Origin: Lepidodermella squamata | Lineage: Eukaryota; Animalia; Gastrotricha | Length of the DNA: 64,000 nt | Assembly: GCA_047495785.1 (NCBI GenBank) | Contig: JBLDXI010000007.1 | Span: 2,666,001-2,730,000 of the forward strand | Direction: 5' to 3' | Shown here: positions 13,645 to 25,944 of the stretch, in pieces | Layout: every line of letters starts with the position of its first letter | Position numbering within the stretch: position 1 is the stretch's first letter | Position numbers and translations under genes: made by a program | Notes under the pieces: generated by a model | What the model was told of the DNA's origin: nothing | Database searches by the model: none | What the model saw: only the letters and a program-made list of their open reading frames with translations

Positions 13645-14577
13645 TTAATTAAAATCAAATAAATAGGAGCAAATCAAGCAGACGACAGCGATCACAATTC
13701 TTTTGCGAAATACGGGCCATAGAACGCTGGATGAGTTGCGATCGCATTGGGCCAGCGGTTTCCTAGCTGGCTTACTTTGGCACGCCGTCTTTGCCTTCAT
13801 CGCCTGCTCAAACGTCAACGGCCCGTCGTAAACCGTCAAGCATGAAATTGCGTCGTTTTCGTTCATAAAGAAAACTGGAGCGTTAGTTGTTGGTTCTGAC
13901 AAAGCTCTGCCGACCCATAGCTTGATTTTCGTCAAACCTTCTTTCCCAGCTGCGGTTTTCAGATTGAACCCAGTACCGCTGAGTATTGACGCGTTGTCGC
14001 GGTAAAGAACAACTGATCCTTCAGCGGAACTGTAACTCAACGCATAAAAGGTCCACTTGTTAGCTGGTAAGAGCCTGCCGTCACCTAAAGCTGAGGTGTC
14101 GGAGTTGCCTCGGCCCAACTGCCTGACATTAATCCAGCCATTTGACCCAGAAAATATGTTGAAATAAGCATTCGGGAATTCAGTCTGAAGAATGCCCAAT
14201 TTATGATCTGCAGAAGATTTCAAGTAGAAGGTAGCAGCAAATCCGAATTTAACTGGTAGATTTTTGTAGACTGCGATTGGCTCGCTTTCGCCCTTGAGGG
14301 AGTAAGCGGTGTTTGTCTCGTTAGTTGGACCGGGGATATTCGATAGGAATGTAGTTCCTCCTTTCTCGACCGGTTCAAGGCCGCAAATACTGTCGTTCAA
14401 GCCATTTGGTTTATCAAAAGGGACATGCAAGATAGCTGAATCGTAATTAGGCCATGAATCTTGCGAAAAACCTGGGTTTGTTAGGAATAGTGAACGATTT
14501 CAAGCAAGATGTGCATAAAACTCACATGTTTCAGTTAAAACACAACATATAAAAAGATACCTAGCCACTAACAGCAT
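13645..14577 (-). CDS. Stand-alone single LamG/pentraxin-like domain protein with signal peptide and hydrophobic C-tail (TM or GPI), ~292 aa; exons 14577-14526, 14471-13645
   Basis: MLLVARYLFICCVLTETCFS signal; WPNYDSAILHVPFD, KWTFYALSY and DAISCLTVYDGPLT..Q.....C match the repeat unit of the giant channels; ends RIVIAVVCLICSYLFDFN. Confidence 0.8.
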
Positions 14578-15061
14578 CTTAAAGAATTTTAATAGACTAC
14601 TTAATTAATGTTCAATGTAGCAACAACTGAGAGCACGCTCGAGTAGCGTTTTTTGATGACGAAACAATGCTGCCCGGTCTTGGTAGTCCTCCATGAAGAC
14701 CTGATGCTAAAACTCATTAATCCACGCTAAAATTCTTTTTCTTGGACTCAAAATTTTACATTAAATTAGTTTTGTTTCAAGCTATGAAGTTTGAGATGCC
14801 GTATACTCTCAAAATAGCGCCTGATTTTCAGTGTAAGAAGGCAATAAATCGCCAATCAATTTTAAATAAGAGCTTTCCAAGATGGAGAGTGGACGCGAGA
14901 TGCACTTTGATTTGGAGCAAAAATCTGTGGAAAGTTACTTGAATAATGCACGCCATTTTACGGGTTATTATAATTGAAAAGAGCTGACAATTTATTGGCG
15001 ATATTCGGCCGTTTAAAATAGATTTAAAAATCATCGAGTTTCATGCATCGGGAAAAATGGT

Positions 15062-15918
15062 TTACGCGGTTTGCGTACACTTTTCGATGTTGAGCCCGTA
15101 TATCGCTGGATTCGTAGTGGAGTATGTCGGAGCCGCAGAGCCATCTGCCTGTGCAATAGCTGCACAACACGCGGCATACGTCGCAAAAACGTACGGAGCT
15201 GCGGTAGGCTTAACAAATATACACATTTTGTAGGTCAAAAAGCAACAATGAGATACAACACTTGAAATTTCTACTAACCGCGGTATCTGTAACTTGCACC
15301 AGTCCTTTGTCGCACGAGTTTGGAAATTTAACGCAGCTGCCCTTTTGACCTGACGCCGTTGTAGCGCAAACCTTGTACGGCGTTGTGTCAGAAACTCCGA
15401 AGCACGCTTGCATTGTAGGTGTTGTTGGCAGCAATTCGTAAATCAAATTGTTGGCGACGGAGGCAATGTATTGACAGCAAAGGCTGAATGAGTTGAAAGT
15501 GAGCGATGAAGCTACTGTCTATATAAAGAATATAGAATATTTCAGATCGAAAACGGAACAAAAAACGAAACGAACAGCGCCGTCTGTTAACGTCGAACAA
15601 GCCGCACTCGCTGTGGATAGGCAGTATTGAATATTCGCGCCAATGGAGATTGTTTTCACCGAACAAACTGTGTAAGCATTCTGTTGTTCAAGTGGAGGAA
15701 TTTGGGCATTTCTTCACCTTCAGTAAAAACGGGTAACAAACGTTAGTCGCGCAGACGTTACCGGTTGAACATCCAGTTGGAGCGCAGGTTTTACCAGTTG
15801 GGCAATAGTTTGGGCACGGAGATGGTGGTAACGTGTAGGAAGTAGCCGTACAAGCTTTCGTGAGCGATACACCGCATATGACCGAAATCAAAATACCTGC
15901 TAAGAAATCCCGAGTCAT
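15062..15918 (-). CDS. Secreted 18-Cys protein, type A, copy A1 (4 exons)
   Basis: Signal MTRDFLAGILISVICGVSLTKA then Cys; MQACFGVSDTTPYKVC; last exon PYVFATYAACC...IYGLNIEKCTQTA*. Confidence 0.85.
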
Positions 15919-16221
15919 GCTATGACTGCGAAGCTCAAATCGTAAAATAGCCGTTTTCATCACACCATTAGCCCCATTCGTTATCTTGATAATGGGATTA
16001 ATGATTCAGGATTACCGGCTAATGAAAGTAAACACAAGTTGTTTTGTAAGGGATCGTATCGTTAAAGTAAGGTTTTTAGCCTAATCTCCTGGTGCGTTCG
16101 GACGTAACCTAAGACAGTGTCAAGGCAATATTGGTGTTAGCTTTTGAAAGGTGGAAGATCTCGTTTTCTTCCTCAAATGCTGGATCTTCACTGAGCGTTT
16201 GCATTAATAGACGGCTAAGAA

Positions 16222-17065
16222 ATGAATCTAGCTTACAAGATAGGCATACTATGCCTTATTTATGATCAAGCCGTGAACGGCTGTCCTCCATCCACGACTT
16301 CAACTTCCTGCCCAACCCCGGCGTGTCCCTCTGGTAACAGTTGCTACGACGTGGCTTGTAGTAGTAGCAACCAGTTCTGCGTTCCTGGGGTAATGTTTCA
16401 AAATGTTTTACATCGATTTCTATCATCTCGGCTATTATAGAACCAATACAAGATGTGTACAATCAAAAGTAACATGATTGGGACAGCGTTCATGAATTAC
16501 TGCATTTCAAACTCGGGCATCGGCTGCAGTGTTTTGTCTGGTGGAGCGGTTATTGATCTTTCAATTGCATATTTTAGTAGCTAACCCGATTTAATTACAG
16601 GAAGTTACGCCAACCCAGGTGTACAACGACTTTGCGTCTTGTTGCGCCGCAACCTCGTCGAATGTTAGATACGAAACCTTTGTGAGCAGCGCGAAGGCTA
16701 CATCTTACGCCGTTGTTCCCTACCTGTGCATCGGTGCGTTGGATTCGACGCCCTACAAAGTATGCGCGACTACCCAGGCGAGTTCTCAAGGCTCTTGCAC
16801 GCGATTTCCGAACATATGCAAGACAACTGGCCTAGTGCAAGCGATTTCAACTGTAAGTTTTGTTTTAGACGGTGAGGTTAACGCATTGATGAGTTGGTTT
16901 TTTCATCACCATCAGGCCACAGCTGCGACTGGCGGGAACTATTCGTTCGCTACATTTGCCGCCTGCTGCACGGCGCTTGGTTCGGCAGCGGCTAAGATGG
17001 TCTACGCTCCGTCTGGATCGATTGTTTACGACGCGGCATTTGATACTTGTTCTCAAACTATCTGA
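16222..17065 (+). CDS. Secreted 18-Cys protein, type B, copy B1, 225 aa; exons 16222-16389, 16441-16548, 16601-16852, 16916-17065
   Basis: Three phase-0 introns; signal then CPPS; YKMC...YC...C; YNDFASCC; YAVVPYLCIGALDSTPYKVC; FAACC...FDTCSQTI*. Confidence 0.88.
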
Positions 17066-17087
17066 TATCAATGATTTCTCAACATCC

Positions 17088-17300
17088 TGTTGGCAAGCGG
17101 CAGAAGTCGTCACTCGGCCTAATGTTGAACAATAGGTGCAGAAAAACAGTAATTTAGCATGAAGTAAACATGGTGTTTTTTGCCATGCTGCGTTGTGCCA
17201 TCACGATTCTGATGCTGCCCGCATGGATTTACTGGCGAAATTAATGTTTAATGAGAAACAAGTAAAAAGCCCAGTGACGACTTCTGCCGCCCTGCCAACA
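17088..17300. mobile_element. Small MITE-like inverted-repeat element just 3' of B1
   Basis: tgttggcaagcggcagaagtcgtcact and agtgacgacttctgccgccctgccaaca form ~27 bp imperfect TIRs. Confidence 0.55.
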
Positions 17301-17489
17301 AAGGGAAAAAAGTCATGCAATAAAGTTATCCTTTATTAGGCCAGCTTCTTTGCATTTTTTGGGCGCAAGTGATGACAGACAGTTAAAAGCCAGAGTATAT
17401 TATAAACTTCTGTTTTAGTAAGAATCTTCGAAAATAATAAGCGCGAATGTCAAGACATCTGTAAGAATTAGGCAGTTTGGCTACATTTT

Positions 17490-18282
17490 TCAATAATCCG
17501 TAAATCCGAGTCCGTAAATCTGCGGCTTTGTCGTTCCATAGGACATCTTCGCATCTCCTGTTGCCCCGCCGGCTATCGCGTTACAACATGCCCCGTAAGT
17601 CCCAAAGGCATAAGCTTCCGGGACGGGAGTAGTCTATAAAAAATAGAAAGCGATTTTCGATAGCTTAATCATTTATGCGACTTGCTGATGTTCCAGAAGC
17701 CTGAACTAGTCCATTGTCACAAGAGCTAGGAAATCTGACACAACTGCCCTTCTGCCCAGAATCTGCCGTTGCACAGATCTTGTAGGGTAACTTGTCAGAT
17801 AACCCAAAGCACGCTTGCATTATTGTCGAAGTCGGTATATGGTCGTATATCATCGCAGTTGTTTGCGTTGAGACAAATTCGCAGCAGGAAGTATATGAAT
17901 TATACGTCCCAAGTGTCGGCTAAGAGATATCGGCCTAAGGAAGTTCCTAAGATAAATAAGTTGACTTACCGTTCCGCCTGCGATTGTGGAGCATGGCGCA
18001 CCTGCTGTTGATAGGCAGTATTGCACGTTAGCATTGAGAGACACTGTTTTGACTGAACAAACGGCGAATGCATTCTACAAAAGATAGACGAGTGATCAAA
18101 CACTGTTCATCCATAATTTTACTTACGCTTGGGGAGCAAACGTTTCCCGTAGGGCATCCTAAAGTTGCACAGGTTTGACTTGATGGGCAAGAAGCCGGAC
18201 AAGTTGTAGACTTGGCGCTTGGGGGGCAAGCATTTGCGGCCGTTAAACAAACCGCTGAAATTGCCAACATTTTATCCAACAT
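17490..18282 (-). CDS. Secreted Cys-rich protein type A, copy A2; 10-nt duplication frameshifts the C-terminus
   Basis: Same 4-exon layout (MQACFGLSDKLPYKIC). Last exon reads QIYGLGFTDY*, while the family ending IEKCSQTA* survives out of frame to 17468. Confidence 0.75.
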
Positions 18283-18746
18283 TTTTCGGGCAACGGTATT
18301 AAAGCTTCTATGAGGAAAGGTAGCAAACTAATTGTGCTCCTTGGTATCATAAGACATGCTAATAGTATTTATCATTGCGCTGTAAGCATGGTGTTTTTAT
18401 GGCGATTGTTCTTACAAATTTACGTCAGTGAGCAGCGGCAATCTGATACGAATTGGCTCGGTGCTGTATCATTCTATGCCACAACGCGTAGCCCATATAA
18501 GGTGTAATCGAGCGCAAACTTCGGTCTTCGGTGTCGCACGTTTACAGCTATCTGTACAATACTATAGCCTACATATTTCTCATCGCTGTGATGTGGGCGA
18601 TGATAATTGCTCATATTATACCATCAATTGATGCACCTTTTTGAACACAGAAAACCTTAATCTCCATGAATTTTCTCTTCGAAGATAGCCCATCTCAAAT
18701 GATAAGCTATTGATCTTTGTTTTCTCGCATAGAATCTTCAATTGAA

Positions 18747-19588
18747 ATGCACATCGTCGTATGGTTTGCAGTATTAATTATCTATGGAGTTAACTTTGCG
18801 GATTCCTGCCCATCTTCGACGTCTTCCACGCCAACCCCATGTCCTGGAACATCTTGTCCATCCGGTAGCAACTGCTACGACGTTGGCTGCCCCAGTAGCA
18901 ACCAATTTTGCTCACCGGGAGTACTTAGATTGTCCTAACTTATTGAGATACTGAAAAATCTTAATTGTTCATATAGAATCAATTCAAGATGTGTACGATC
19001 AGAAGCAACTTGAAGGGAGGAGCAACCTTGAAGTACTGCTTTTCAAACGCTGGAATCACATGCAATACATTAACTGGCGGCGCGGTTATTATTCATTGTG
19101 ATTGACGTTGTTGTTTTCATTCAAGTTTTTCCAGGAAATTTCTCCGTCTCAAGTGTACAACGACTTCGCGTCTTGTTGCGCCGCTACTTCGACAAATGTT
19201 AGATACCAAAACTTTTTGACTCCGATCAAAGCGTCATCATATGCAGTGGTACCTTTCATGTGCGTTGGCGCTTTGGATTCGACTCCGTACAAGGTTTGCT
19301 CGAATGTTCAGGCAGGAGGTTTCGGAACTTGCGTACAATTTCCCAATGTTTGCGACACGAGCGAAAATGTACAAGCAGTTTCAACCGTAATTTTTACAAT
19401 AATTTACTTCTCTGAAGCATGATGATCGTGCTTTCCAGAACACCCCTGCAACCGGCAATGTCTATGCATTCGCGTCATTCACTGAGTGCTGCGCAGCCCT
19501 TGGCACAGCAACTGCGCAGATAGTTTACTCTCCCGCCAAAGAAACTTTGTTCAATGGCGGATTCGATACTTGCTCTCAGACGGTTTGA
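18747..19588 (+). CDS. Secreted 18-Cys protein type B, copy B2 (4 exons)
   Basis: Signal MHIVVWFAVLIIYGVNFADS-C; YNDFASCC; YAVVPFMCVGALDSTPYKVC; FDTCSQTV*. Confidence 0.85.
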
Positions 19589-19782
19589 AGCGATCCTGAA
19601 GCATGTTGTGTTGTTAGGGGTTAGGGGCTACTACATACGTAAATGAATAAATACCAAGTATGTACCAATAGTCCCTTGCTTAAAGCTCAAGTAGCAAATA
19701 GCAAAAGCTTTGGTTGGTTTATTCAATTGAGACAATTTAAATGATTGACTTAGCCGAGACTTGGTACGAGTTGCGTTCGGGT

Positions 19783-19894
19783 GGTACTACTCCAAAACAT
19801 CCAAACAAAAACGATTGTTCTCGTTGCGCAACAATCGAAAAGTTTGGCTGTTATGGTATCATTTATTTTAGTGTCATTTGTTTTGGAGTAGTCC
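19783..19894. mobile_element. Tiny MITE with 9-bp TSD (Mutator-like)
   Basis: Direct repeat cgttcgggt (19774-19782 and 19895-19903) flanks the inverted repeats gg(t)actactccaaaaca / tgttttggagtagtcc. Confidence 0.6.
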
Positions 19895-20723
19895 CGTTCG
19901 GGTGGATTGGGTGAATTCCGATGGTCACGTCAATTCTGGAAGAGTAAAATCAATCAAAATTGCATAAAAAAACCGCTACTTTTTTGATACGAAATCCCCC
20001 TGCTTAACAAGCCGTCTGTGTGCTGTTTCCTGTCGCTTTTTCAGACATTTCCTAAAGATCACAGATCTCAAGATTATTATGCGTTGCAATAAATTTATTG
20101 CTTTATTGCCAATTGCCAATCACCCAATTTAGCCATGAGACGTACCAGGATGCGGTGCTTCGATTTAGACGGCTGAATTCTGTGTTATTTTTCAAAAAGG
20201 TCCAAATGTCGTTGTGGCTTCACCCTTTTTCATTTTCATTTTCATTTTGTGCAAAGCAAATTTCACAAGTACCGTAATCCTTGTAATCCTTGGTTTGCGA
20301 TTTTCACCTCACTGGTTTGCTTCATAGAGAACGTACTGCGTGAAATTCTTGCCTTATCGCGCACACTGCTCCCCCTCGTTTAGAAACCTGTCTCGTTTAG
20401 ACGCCTAGGAAAACTGAAAGTCATTGATATAGTCCGATCTCGAATAGTGGCCTATTAGGTATTAGGCTACCACGGCACGTTCGAAACCTGTGCTCTGCTG
20501 CGCAGAAAAATGCCTGAAGATATTGAATAATCTGTTATTCACGATGATTTTTGGAGAAGCCTCCTTATTGTTCTGAATTGTCAGCTATTTGACGACTTAA
20601 CTAATAGTTAATAATGAAGCTTTGACGAGTGCCTTGTCAAAATTATCAGCCGTATCAACGAGCTTTGATGAGTTTGGAAATTGAAAGACGCTAAATCAAG
20701 TCTGGTCTTTGTTGCATCTCAAA

Positions 20724-20880
20724 CAGGGCTGCGAAATCTCACGCGCACTCAACATTTCCTGCTAATCTTTACCCATTTCCGCAAATGTTCCTGCAATTTC
20801 TTGTAGTTTCGAAAATTTACCGCTGCGCGGCCGAATTTCCCGCGCACGTTGTGCGCATTTTCGCATGTTTTGCAGCCCTG
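20724..20880. mobile_element. hAT-type MITE (157 bp) with 8-bp TSD
   Basis: atctcaaa|cagggctgcgaaa ... ttttgcagccctg|atctcaaa: CAG-starting TIRs and an exact 8-bp target duplication. Confidence 0.8.
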
Positions 20881-21191
20881 ATCTCAAATAGTAGCCTTTT
20901 TCCCCTTCGAGGCATAATTTTTGTATAAGCCCGGGTTAGTATTTCGGTAACTACGGTAATTCGGTTTTTACGGTATACACTATTGCAGCTCTCCCTAATG
21001 AGACTGACCATTCAAGATTGGAAAATTCACTGTACGCGGGTTCTACTGATTCATTTCGATCACACCATTTTATTATTTGTTCGTTTTGAGGGCTCATAAT
21101 ATACAGCATGCTTATTCTTACTAAATATAAATTGTCACTTTAGAACACCGCTGAATATTCTTTAATTTGGTCTGTGACACGTCGCAGGAAA

Positions 21192-21980
21192 TCAGACAGT
21201 TTGAGTGCATTTTTCAATACTGAGCCCATAAATCTGGTCTGTGGTAGAATAAGCCGTTTGCGCTGCTGCTTGTGCTATCGCATTGCAGCATGCGGCGTAA
21301 GTTGAAAAGGCGAAGTTTGCAGGGACAGGAGGGGTCTGTCAAAAACATTACAATAGTTGATAGCAAAGAATTGCGGCATTTACATTTGTTCCAGTAGCTA
21401 TAACCAGTCCTTTGTCACAAGAGTGTGGAAATCGGACACAGCTGCCTTTCTGGCCAGTGCCGGACGACGCACAAACTTTGTACGGGGTGAGATCTCCAGC
21501 TCCAAAGCAGGCTTGCATTGTTGTCGACGTGGGTAAGAGGTCGTAGACTAGCGAAGTTGCTTGGCTCGCTATGAATTGGCAACAGAGCGCGAATGAAGTA
21601 TAAGACGTCGGCGTAGCCTGAAATTTTATCTACAACAAAAACACGCGGCAAAGATGAGATTAAAAACCGTTCCGTCAGAAACTGTCGAGCACGCCGCGCC
21701 GGCAGTTGAAAGGCAGTATTGAACGGTGGTGGCGAGGGAGACGGTTCTCACGGAGCAAACAGAAAACGAGGTCTACATTGGAAAGAGTTGAACAACATAT
21801 CCGAGTAATATAAATTTGACTAACACTTGGCGCGCAGTAGTTCCCTGACGAGCAACCAGATGCTGCGCAAGTTTTACCAGATGGGCAAGCACTTGGGCAA
21901 CCTGTCGATGTAGTGCTGGGAGGGCAGGCGTTTGCAACCAATAAACAAGCGGCTGAGAAGACCCAAATTATCGCTATCAT
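21192..21980 (-). CDS. Secreted 18-Cys protein type A, copy A3 (4 exons)
   Basis: MIAIIWVFSAACLLVANA-CPPS; MQACFGAGDLTPYKVC; QIYGLSIEKCTQTV*. Confidence 0.85.
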
Positions 21981-22505
21981 CTTTTGAGCTAAATCTCTGT
22001 TAATCTAAGAAAGGACATTTTAAGATACATTACACGCGGGAAAACAATCCATCTAGATTTGGCTATATCTCGATCTAATGAGCTGGAAGCTCTTTTACCC
22101 TAATTGCACTGGAGGTGCAATTTTTTTACTCCTAAGTACTGATGCATCCTCGGGCGATGGCTGCAGTGGGCGTTTAACCAACATCATAATTTAAAATGAC
22201 AGCTGCGCTGAGTTAACCACTACACACATGCAATAAAATATGTGCCCTGTGGCGCCGCGAACTTCGATGCGTATGCTCACCTTCATCGTATGCATATCAT
22301 TTTTACCCTGTCACGTTATGAACAGAGAAAATTTGTAATTATACGCAACTGTTCATATAAAAAATATAAGCCCAAAACTTGCTGCCTGCGGTATAATTCG
22401 AAAAAATGCACCAACATTCAGAAAGTTTACATCTTGAACAAATCATCTTATCTTACTCGTCCCTAGATAATCACAGTAATCATTTATTATAATTTACAAG
22501 GCCAT

Positions 22506-23371
22506 ATGAATATCTCCGGAATATTGGCCGCTGTGGGCATCTTGGCGGCAAGTTCAGCTGATTGCTGCCCGCCGTCGAGTACTTCAACAACATGCCCTTC
22601 ATCATCATGCCCATCTGGTAGCAGTTGTTACGATGTTGGATGCACTAGCACCACCCAAACTTGTGCAGCTGCGGTTCGTGATTGATACCGAATATTCGCA
22701 ACGATTTTCTGTTACCTCTTTTTGTTAAAGAGTCTCTTCAAAATGTGTACTATCAAGAGTAACGTAGCCGGTACTTCGTTTCTCAAGTACTGCATTTCAA
22801 ACTCCGGCATTGCATGCAGTACTTTGACAGGCGGGGCGGTGATTTGCGATTTATTTAAACCTTTGATTCACTTTTGAACTAATTTTATATTCAGGATGTT
22901 AGTCCAGCCCAGTTGTACAATGACTTTGCGTCATGTTGCGCTGCTACGTCAACAATCGGTGTTAGGTACGAAACGTATCTGGACTCCACCAAATCCGCGT
23001 CGTATGCTGTGGTTCCGTATTTGTGTGTTGGCGCTTTGGATTCGACACCGTATAAAGTTTGTGCAACGGCACAAGCTGGCGGAAAAGGAATTTGCACTCG
23101 GTTTCCGAATGTTTGTTCTGCTGATGGTCAATTTCTGGCTGTTTCAACGGTAATTTTCTTCAATCTTTCCAAGCTTGCTAATATTTGGTAAACTATCGAT
23201 TTTATTTATCAGAGCCCTGCTACCACCGGTACCACTAGCGCCTATGCATTCGCTTCGTTCGCGGCGTGCTGTGCAGCCATTGGTTCTTCAGCAGCGCAAC
23301 TTACTTACACCCCAGCCGGATCGACTATTTACGGCGCCGCATTTGATACTTGCGCTCAGAAATCGACATAA
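22506..23371 (+). CDS. Secreted 18-Cys protein type B, copy B3 (4 exons)
   Basis: MNISGILAAVGILAASSADC-CPPS; YAVVPYLCVGALDSTPYKVC; FDTCAQKST*. Confidence 0.85.
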
Positions 23372-23946
23372 TCAGCTGGACTTTATTTATAAGTGCAACG
23401 CAGCGCACTTCTCTTAAGATTCAAATGATAATAAAATGCTACGACTGATCAAATCTAGTTTTCTTGGCGGCTGATACATTACCGAGTAGCAGTAGTAGCT
23501 CTTGTAAGCTCTGCCTCGCATCGTCTTTTCGAGCTGTCCCGGCTCCTATCCAGATCTGAAGCCGAGCTGCCGAATTTCACCCAATTTTCAGGAGCTGCCA
23601 CTCGCTATGTCAGGAATAGGGTTAGTCATAGAGAACGGAGTGATCACCCTTGTCTTAGTCTTGACAATGAAATGAGCGAGCTAGGGAATTTGCTATAATC
23701 ACCAAACGTGTATCAGGGCCTGAACTGCTAGTATTTTTTGTTGCAATTTGCAATCTCGTGCATTTTGTAGAAATGCACGACAAGTTTTGCTTAATCCTTG
23801 GCACCATCCTTGGCTCTTAGATCCACGATCGCACGACTCTGGTATTTATCCATCGCAATATTACTCCAGTTTCCAGTTATCAATAATCAAAAACTAATTC
23901 ACCATTCATGAAACGATATTAATCTCAGAACTTAAAATACTAATTA

Positions 23947-24413
23947 CCGTAAACTACAGTATAAAGACCTCACCCGAATAATCCGCGCCGCAAAATAGCC
24001 CTGCTATTTTCATCAATTCAGCATAAATAAAGGCTCGAATATTCGCCGCACCTAAGCACGCGATCAACAGCCACCCAGGCATGTTTCGGCGCAGCTTCAT
24101 CCAAGCAATTATTTCATTTTTTATTTTTATTTTAGAGCGAGAAGCGTGGCGAGTTAACTGGTACCGACCTTATTAATGTGGCTATCGAAGTTGATGACGA
24201 GGAAAACAGAAAAAAATGATGCCATTGAAGACCCGTCTAATAATGATGAAAGTATCGATGCGTGAAGTTGGTTGTGATTCATTTTGGTCACGAATAAGAG
24301 TTTTGAAAAATCGATGAAAATAAAGACCGCACTCGAAAAATCGCCGCACTTTTTGCCTCTTTTCAAAAATAAAAAAAAATTAGTCGCCGCGGCCTTTATA
24401 CTGTAGTTTACGG
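23947..24413. mobile_element. Tc1/mariner-superfamily MITE with TA TSD
   Basis: TA|ccgtaaactacagtataaag ... ctttatactgtagtttacgg|TA, perfect 20-bp TIRs. Confidence 0.85.
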
Positions 24414-24716
24414 TAATTTTATATCCTATTTCTAAAAATGCAATGTTCTAACAATTAACTCAGGCTCTCTCCCTCCCTCTATTTGCGTGGGCTTAATAGA
24501 AAGTAAGTTTTTTTACAATGTGGGTTTTTTTAGCATTGCCAACTGGTTATGCTGGCCAGGAACACATTTGTGGAGGCAGGTCACGTCTTGTTGGCTAAAA
24601 GAAACTGAATCCAACTGCTGACTACGCCACCCACATGACAAGGTATCAGTAGAGTAGTAATTCTTAAGCCCTTTTTAAGTACTTGTCAGAGTAAGGGGAA
24701 ATCACTCAGTTCTAGG

Positions 24717-25879
24717 ATGAAGTTACTGTGGATAGGTAAATTCACCTTTTACTAGTGGCATGAGATATCTACATTTTTGTTATTACAGCCCTGATCTGCG
24801 TGCTAGGTTCGGTCGCTCATTCCAAGGCGAACCCTGCTCTCGGTGGCGCCGATATTCGTAGTCAATGGGGGGGTCCGCCACCTCGCGGTGGACCTCGTGG
24901 GGGTCCGCCACCACAGGGTCAAGATGATCGATACAGCAATGGAAGTGATCAACAAGGAGACAGGCGAGGAAGTGGCCAAGTTCAGTCAAACCAAAGAGGT
25001 CAGAGCCAAAGTCAATGGCAAAATCAGGGGCAAAATTACTATCCGCGAGGTCCTCCTCAGCAAGATCCACCTGGAAATGAACAGGGTGGCGATTCCTTCC
25101 GACAACAAGGTCCATCTTCTCAACAAGGCGGGCCTCCTCAGCGAAATGGTCCAGGCCAAGGACAGCAAGGACAAGGAGATAATGGCCAAAGAGGCGGCCC
25201 ACCTCGAGGCTCAGGTCAAGGTCAAGGATCGCAATCTCAACAAGGCGGGCCTCCTCAGCAAAATGGTCAAGGCCAAGGACAACGAGAACAAGGACAAGGA
25301 CAGCAAGGACAAGGACAAGGACAAGGAGATAATGGCCAAAGAGGCGGCCCGCCTCGAGGCTCAGGTCAAGGTCAGGGATCGCAATCTCAACAAGGCGGGC
25401 CTCCTCAGCAAAATGGTCAAGGCCAAGGACAACGAGAACAAGGACAAGGACAGCAAGGACAAGGACAAGGACAAGGAGATAATGGCCAAAGAGGCGGCCC
25501 GCCTCGAGGCTCAGGTCAAGGTCAGGGATCGCAATCTCAACAAGGCGGGCCTCCTCAGCAAAATGGTCAAGGCCAAGGACAACGAGAACAAGGACAAGGA
25601 CAGCAAGGACAAGGACAAGGACAAGGAGATAATGGCCAAAGAGGCGGCCCGCCTCGAGGCTCAGGTCAAGGTCAGGGATCGCAATCTCAACAAGGCGGGC
25701 CTCCTCAGCAAAATGGTCAAGGCCAAGGACAACAAGGACAAGGACAGCAGGGTCAAGGATATAATGGAGATAGAGGTAATCAGTCACAGAATGATGGAAA
25801 CCAGCCTGCTAATAGCGACAGCGGAGACTTCGGTGGTTTGCCGCCTGTGGATGATGAAAATACCGATTCAACACTGTAA
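24717..25879 (+). CDS. Secreted Gly/Gln/Pro-rich tandem-repeat protein, ~369 aa; exons 24717-24735, 24789-25879
   Basis: Spliced signal MKLLWIALICVLGSVAHS; GGPP/GQGQ low-complexity body; acidic tail; AATAAA at 25915. Confidence 0.85.
25171..25745 (+). repeat. Coding tandem repeat, 150-bp (50-aa) unit, ~3.8 near-identical copies
   Basis: acaaggagataatggccaaagaggcggccc recurs at 25171, 25321, 25471 and 25621. Confidence 0.95.
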
Positions 25880-25944
25880 AAACATGCTTTTTCAGTTTAT
25901 TACAATCTTTTAACAATAAAAAGAAACATGATAAAGATTAGGAC

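Noticed and set aside
16222-17065. Kunitz, three-finger or EGF assignment for the 18-Cys family
   Set aside because: Part of the spacing (C-x8-C-x14-C-x7-C) recalls Kunitz, but the FxYGGC/NxF motifs are missing, the unit has CC, and the second repeat is spaced differently.
25171-25745. CRISPR-like periodicity
   Set aside because: Contiguous coding repeats with no unique spacers, in a eukaryotic locus with no cas genes.
24783-25913. Long alternative-frame ORFs (24843-25913 +, 24783-25787 -) over the G/Q gene
   Set aside because: Artefacts of a stop-poor tandem repeat; only the G/Q frame joins a signal-peptide exon.
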